Part shown: in pieces, positions 62,210-64,000 of the stretch
Layout: every line of letters begins with the position of its first letter
How positions within the stretch are numbered: the first letter of the stretch is position 1
NCBI GenBank assembly: GCA_942490685.1
Contig: CALNXW010000016.1
Coordinates: forward strand, 1,301,047-1,365,046
DNA from: an uncultured bacterium
GTDB lineage: Bacteria > Bacteroidota > Ignavibacteria > Kapaibacteriales > UBA2268
DNA length: 64,000 bases
Direction of reading: 5' to 3'
Made by a program: the position numbers and the translations under genes
The notes under the pieces: model-generated
What the model was told of the DNA's origin: nothing
What the model saw: only the letters and a program-made list of their open reading frames with translations
Databases searched by the model: none

Positions 62210-62989
62210 ATGAAACTTAGAATTACCAGATCAATAGTTCCAAACTTATTAACACTTGCAAATTTATTTTCAGGCTTCACTGCTATTGTGCATATATCTA
62301 ATCTTGAATTCGAAAAAGCTGCATTATTTATCTTAATGGCAGCAATTTTCGATATGCTTGATGGTGCTATGGCTCGTCTTTTTAATTCTGCCAGCGAGTT
62401 TGGAGTAGAATTAGATTCTTTATGTGACGCTGTTTCTTTTGGTGTTGCTCCTTCTTATATGCTTTATAAGGCACATTTTGAGCAATATGGAGACGTGGGT
62501 ATATTATTGGCTGCAATTCCTGCACTTGCAGGCGTAGTTCGACTTGCTCGCTTTAATGTTAAATTAAATAGTTACGAAGATAAGAAGTATTTTTATGGTC
62601 TACCTATACCGTCTGGTGCTTTGACCATAATTTCTTATATAATTTTCTTTTATCTGACAGATCGTGTTCCTGCTGAATATAAAGCGTACTTAACACCGTT
62701 TGTATCTTTTGGCGTGGCAGCTGCCATGGTTACTATGATTAAATATCATAACATTCCAAAGCCAACTAAAAGAAATTTTAAAGAATCACCTCTACTTCTA
62801 ATTGCAATTGCAGTTGCTATTATTGCAGGTGTTGTAACAAAAGGTGTATCAATATTCCCAACTATGGTAATATATGTTCTTGGTACTGCTCTAGTAAGAA
62901 CCGTATTGTGGATCAAAGCTCAAACTTCTCCTGAGGATGAAATAGAAGAATACGTGGATGACTCAGATAATGAGGATGTCGAACTTTAA
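62210..62989 (+). CDS. pssA: CDP-diacylglycerol--serine O-phosphatidyltransferase.
   Basis: CDP-alcohol phosphatidyltransferase motif DMLDGAMARL...G...D...D. Multi-TM. Acidic C-terminal tail. Confidence 0.85.
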   Translation: MKLRITRSIVPNLLTLANLFSGFTAIVHISNLEFEKAALFILMAAIFDMLDGAMARLFNSASEFGVELDSLCDAVSFGVAPSYMLYKAHFEQYGDVGILLAAIPALAGVVRLARFNVKLNSYEDKKYFYGLPIPSGALTIISYIIFFYLTDRVPAEYKAYLTPFVSFGVAAAMVTMIKYHNIPKPTKRNFKESPLLLIAIAVAIIAGVVTKGVSIFPTMVIYVLGTALVRTVLWIKAQTSPEDEIEEYVDDSDNEDVEL

Positions 62990-63088
62990 ATTTCATGCCT
63001 TTAGTGTTTAAGAGATATTTTTCTTATTTTTGTAAATAGCTTTGACAAAAAAACGAAATACAAATATTTTAATATATCAGGTGTACAG

Positions 63089-63346
63089 ATGAAAAAATTT
63101 GCTGCTAAAGTAAACATTACTCTAAGAGAAGGTATCTTAGATGTACAAGGTAAAACTGTAGAACATGCACTTCATTCTTTAGAATACAACTCATTAACAA
63201 ATGTAAGAATTGGCAAATTTGTTGAATTGACAGTAGAAGCTGAAACTGAAGAAAAAGCTTTAGAATTGGTTGATAATGCGTGCAAGCAACTTATTGCTAA
63301 CCCTATTATCGAAGATCATTTTGTTAAATTGGAAGAAATTAAATAA
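63089..63346 (+). CDS. purS: Phosphoribosylformylglycinamidine synthase subunit PurS.
   Basis: 85 aa, MKKFAAKVNITLREGILDVQGKTVEHAL pattern. Confidence 0.9.
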   Translation: MKKFAAKVNITLREGILDVQGKTVEHALHSLEYNSLTNVRIGKFVELTVEAETEEKALELVDNACKQLIANPIIEDHFVKLEEIK

Positions 63347-63358
63347 TTGAGGCTTAAA

Positions 63359-64000
63359 ATGAAGTTTGGAGTTGTAATATTCCCCGGATCAAACTGCGAT
63401 CATGATGCTTACTATGCCTCTAAGAAAAATGCAGATCAAGAAGCTACATTTCTTTGGCATAAAGATACTGAAATCCCTTCTGATATAGATTGTATCATCT
63501 TACCGGGTGGTTTTTCTTATGGTGATTATCTAAGATGCGGCGCGATATCTAGATTTTCTCCTATCATGAAAGAAGTAATTAAGTTTGCGGATAATGGTGG
63601 ATACGTAATTGGTATTTGTAATGGATTCCAAGTGCTTACTGAATCTAACCTTTTACCTGGTGCTTTACTTAAAAATGAGTCTTTGCACTTCATTTGTAAA
63701 GATGTTCACTTAAAAGTTTTGAATAATTCTACTGCTTTTACGTCAGAACTTCAGCAGGATCAAGTTATCCGAATTCCTATTGCTCACGGTGATGGTAATT
63801 ACTTTGCAGACAAGGAAACTATCGATAAGTTAGAATCTAATAATCAAGTAGTTTTCAGGTATTCTGATGAAAATGGCAATGTAACAAAAGAAGTAAATCC
63901 AAATGGATCTATAAATAATATTGCCGGTATTATCAATGAAAAAGGTAACGTACTGGGTATGATGCCTCACCCTGAAAGATACAGTGATAACCAATTAGGT
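63359..64000 (+). CDS. purQ: Phosphoribosylformylglycinamidine synthase subunit PurQ (glutaminase). N-terminal 214 aa; continues beyond the window.
   Basis: ATG at 63359 after a gagg [23 protein letters not shown]...GICNGFQVL (catalytic Cys)...MMPHPER. Absent from the track because the ORF is open at the window end. Confidence 0.9.
   Translation, partial: MKFGVVIFPGSNCDHDAYYASKKNADQEATFLWHKDTEIPSDIDCIILPGGFSYGDYLRCGAISRFSPIMKEVIKFADNGGYVIGICNGFQVLTESNLLPGALLKNESLHFICKDVHLKVLNNSTAFTSELQQDQVIRIPIAHGDGNYFADKETIDKLESNNQVVFRYSDENGNVTKEVNPNGSINNIAGIINEKGNVLGMMPHPERYSDNQLG

Overview
This window is AT-rich (roughly one-third GC by eye), densely coding chromosomal DNA. It looks like it comes from an anaerobic, fermentative member of the Fibrobacteres-Chlorobi-Bacteroidetes (FCB) group, perhaps an Ignavibacteria- or Bacteroidota-like organism. 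The clues are a type IX secretion (T9SS)-type C-terminal sorting domain, an atpBEFHAG operon lacking atpD and atpC, and TAnnTTTG-like promoter motifs.

Gene content is housekeeping and energy metabolism:
- an ackA-pta and ptb-buk acetate/butyrate kinase cluster
- murein amidase, a family-4 uracil-DNA glycosylase, ddl and a PfkB kinase
- F1Fo ATP synthase genes, with hldD inserted between atpA and atpG
- gyrA, dprA, a polyprenyl synthase, pckA and an orphan AddB-like nuclease
- a trimeric HydABC-type [FeFe] hydrogenase operon in hydB-hydA-hydC order
- two tandem, mosaic, near-identical giant (~1250 aa) methyl-accepting chemotaxis proteins (MCPs) with an sCache_2 sensor and poly-HAMP arrays
- an overlapping operon xth / SOS-response-associated peptidase (SRAP) / MenC-like / vicinal oxygen chelate (VOC) / Memo-like / dapD
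- OmpA-family proteins, an M20 peptidase, rubrerythrin and a metallophosphoesterase
- a gyrB-DUF721-recF-dnaN cluster without dnaA, with recF apparently frameshifted
- psd, pssA, purS and purQ

I saw no CRISPR array, no transposase or integrase, and no rRNA or tRNA.

The most notable features are:
- the recombining tandem MCP pair next to the hydrogenase
- a Cys-to-Ser change in the HydA L1 H-cluster motif (TSCSPGW)
- the recF frameshift
- hldD embedded in the atp operon

I could not support a clearly novel defence or mobile system from the sequence alone.
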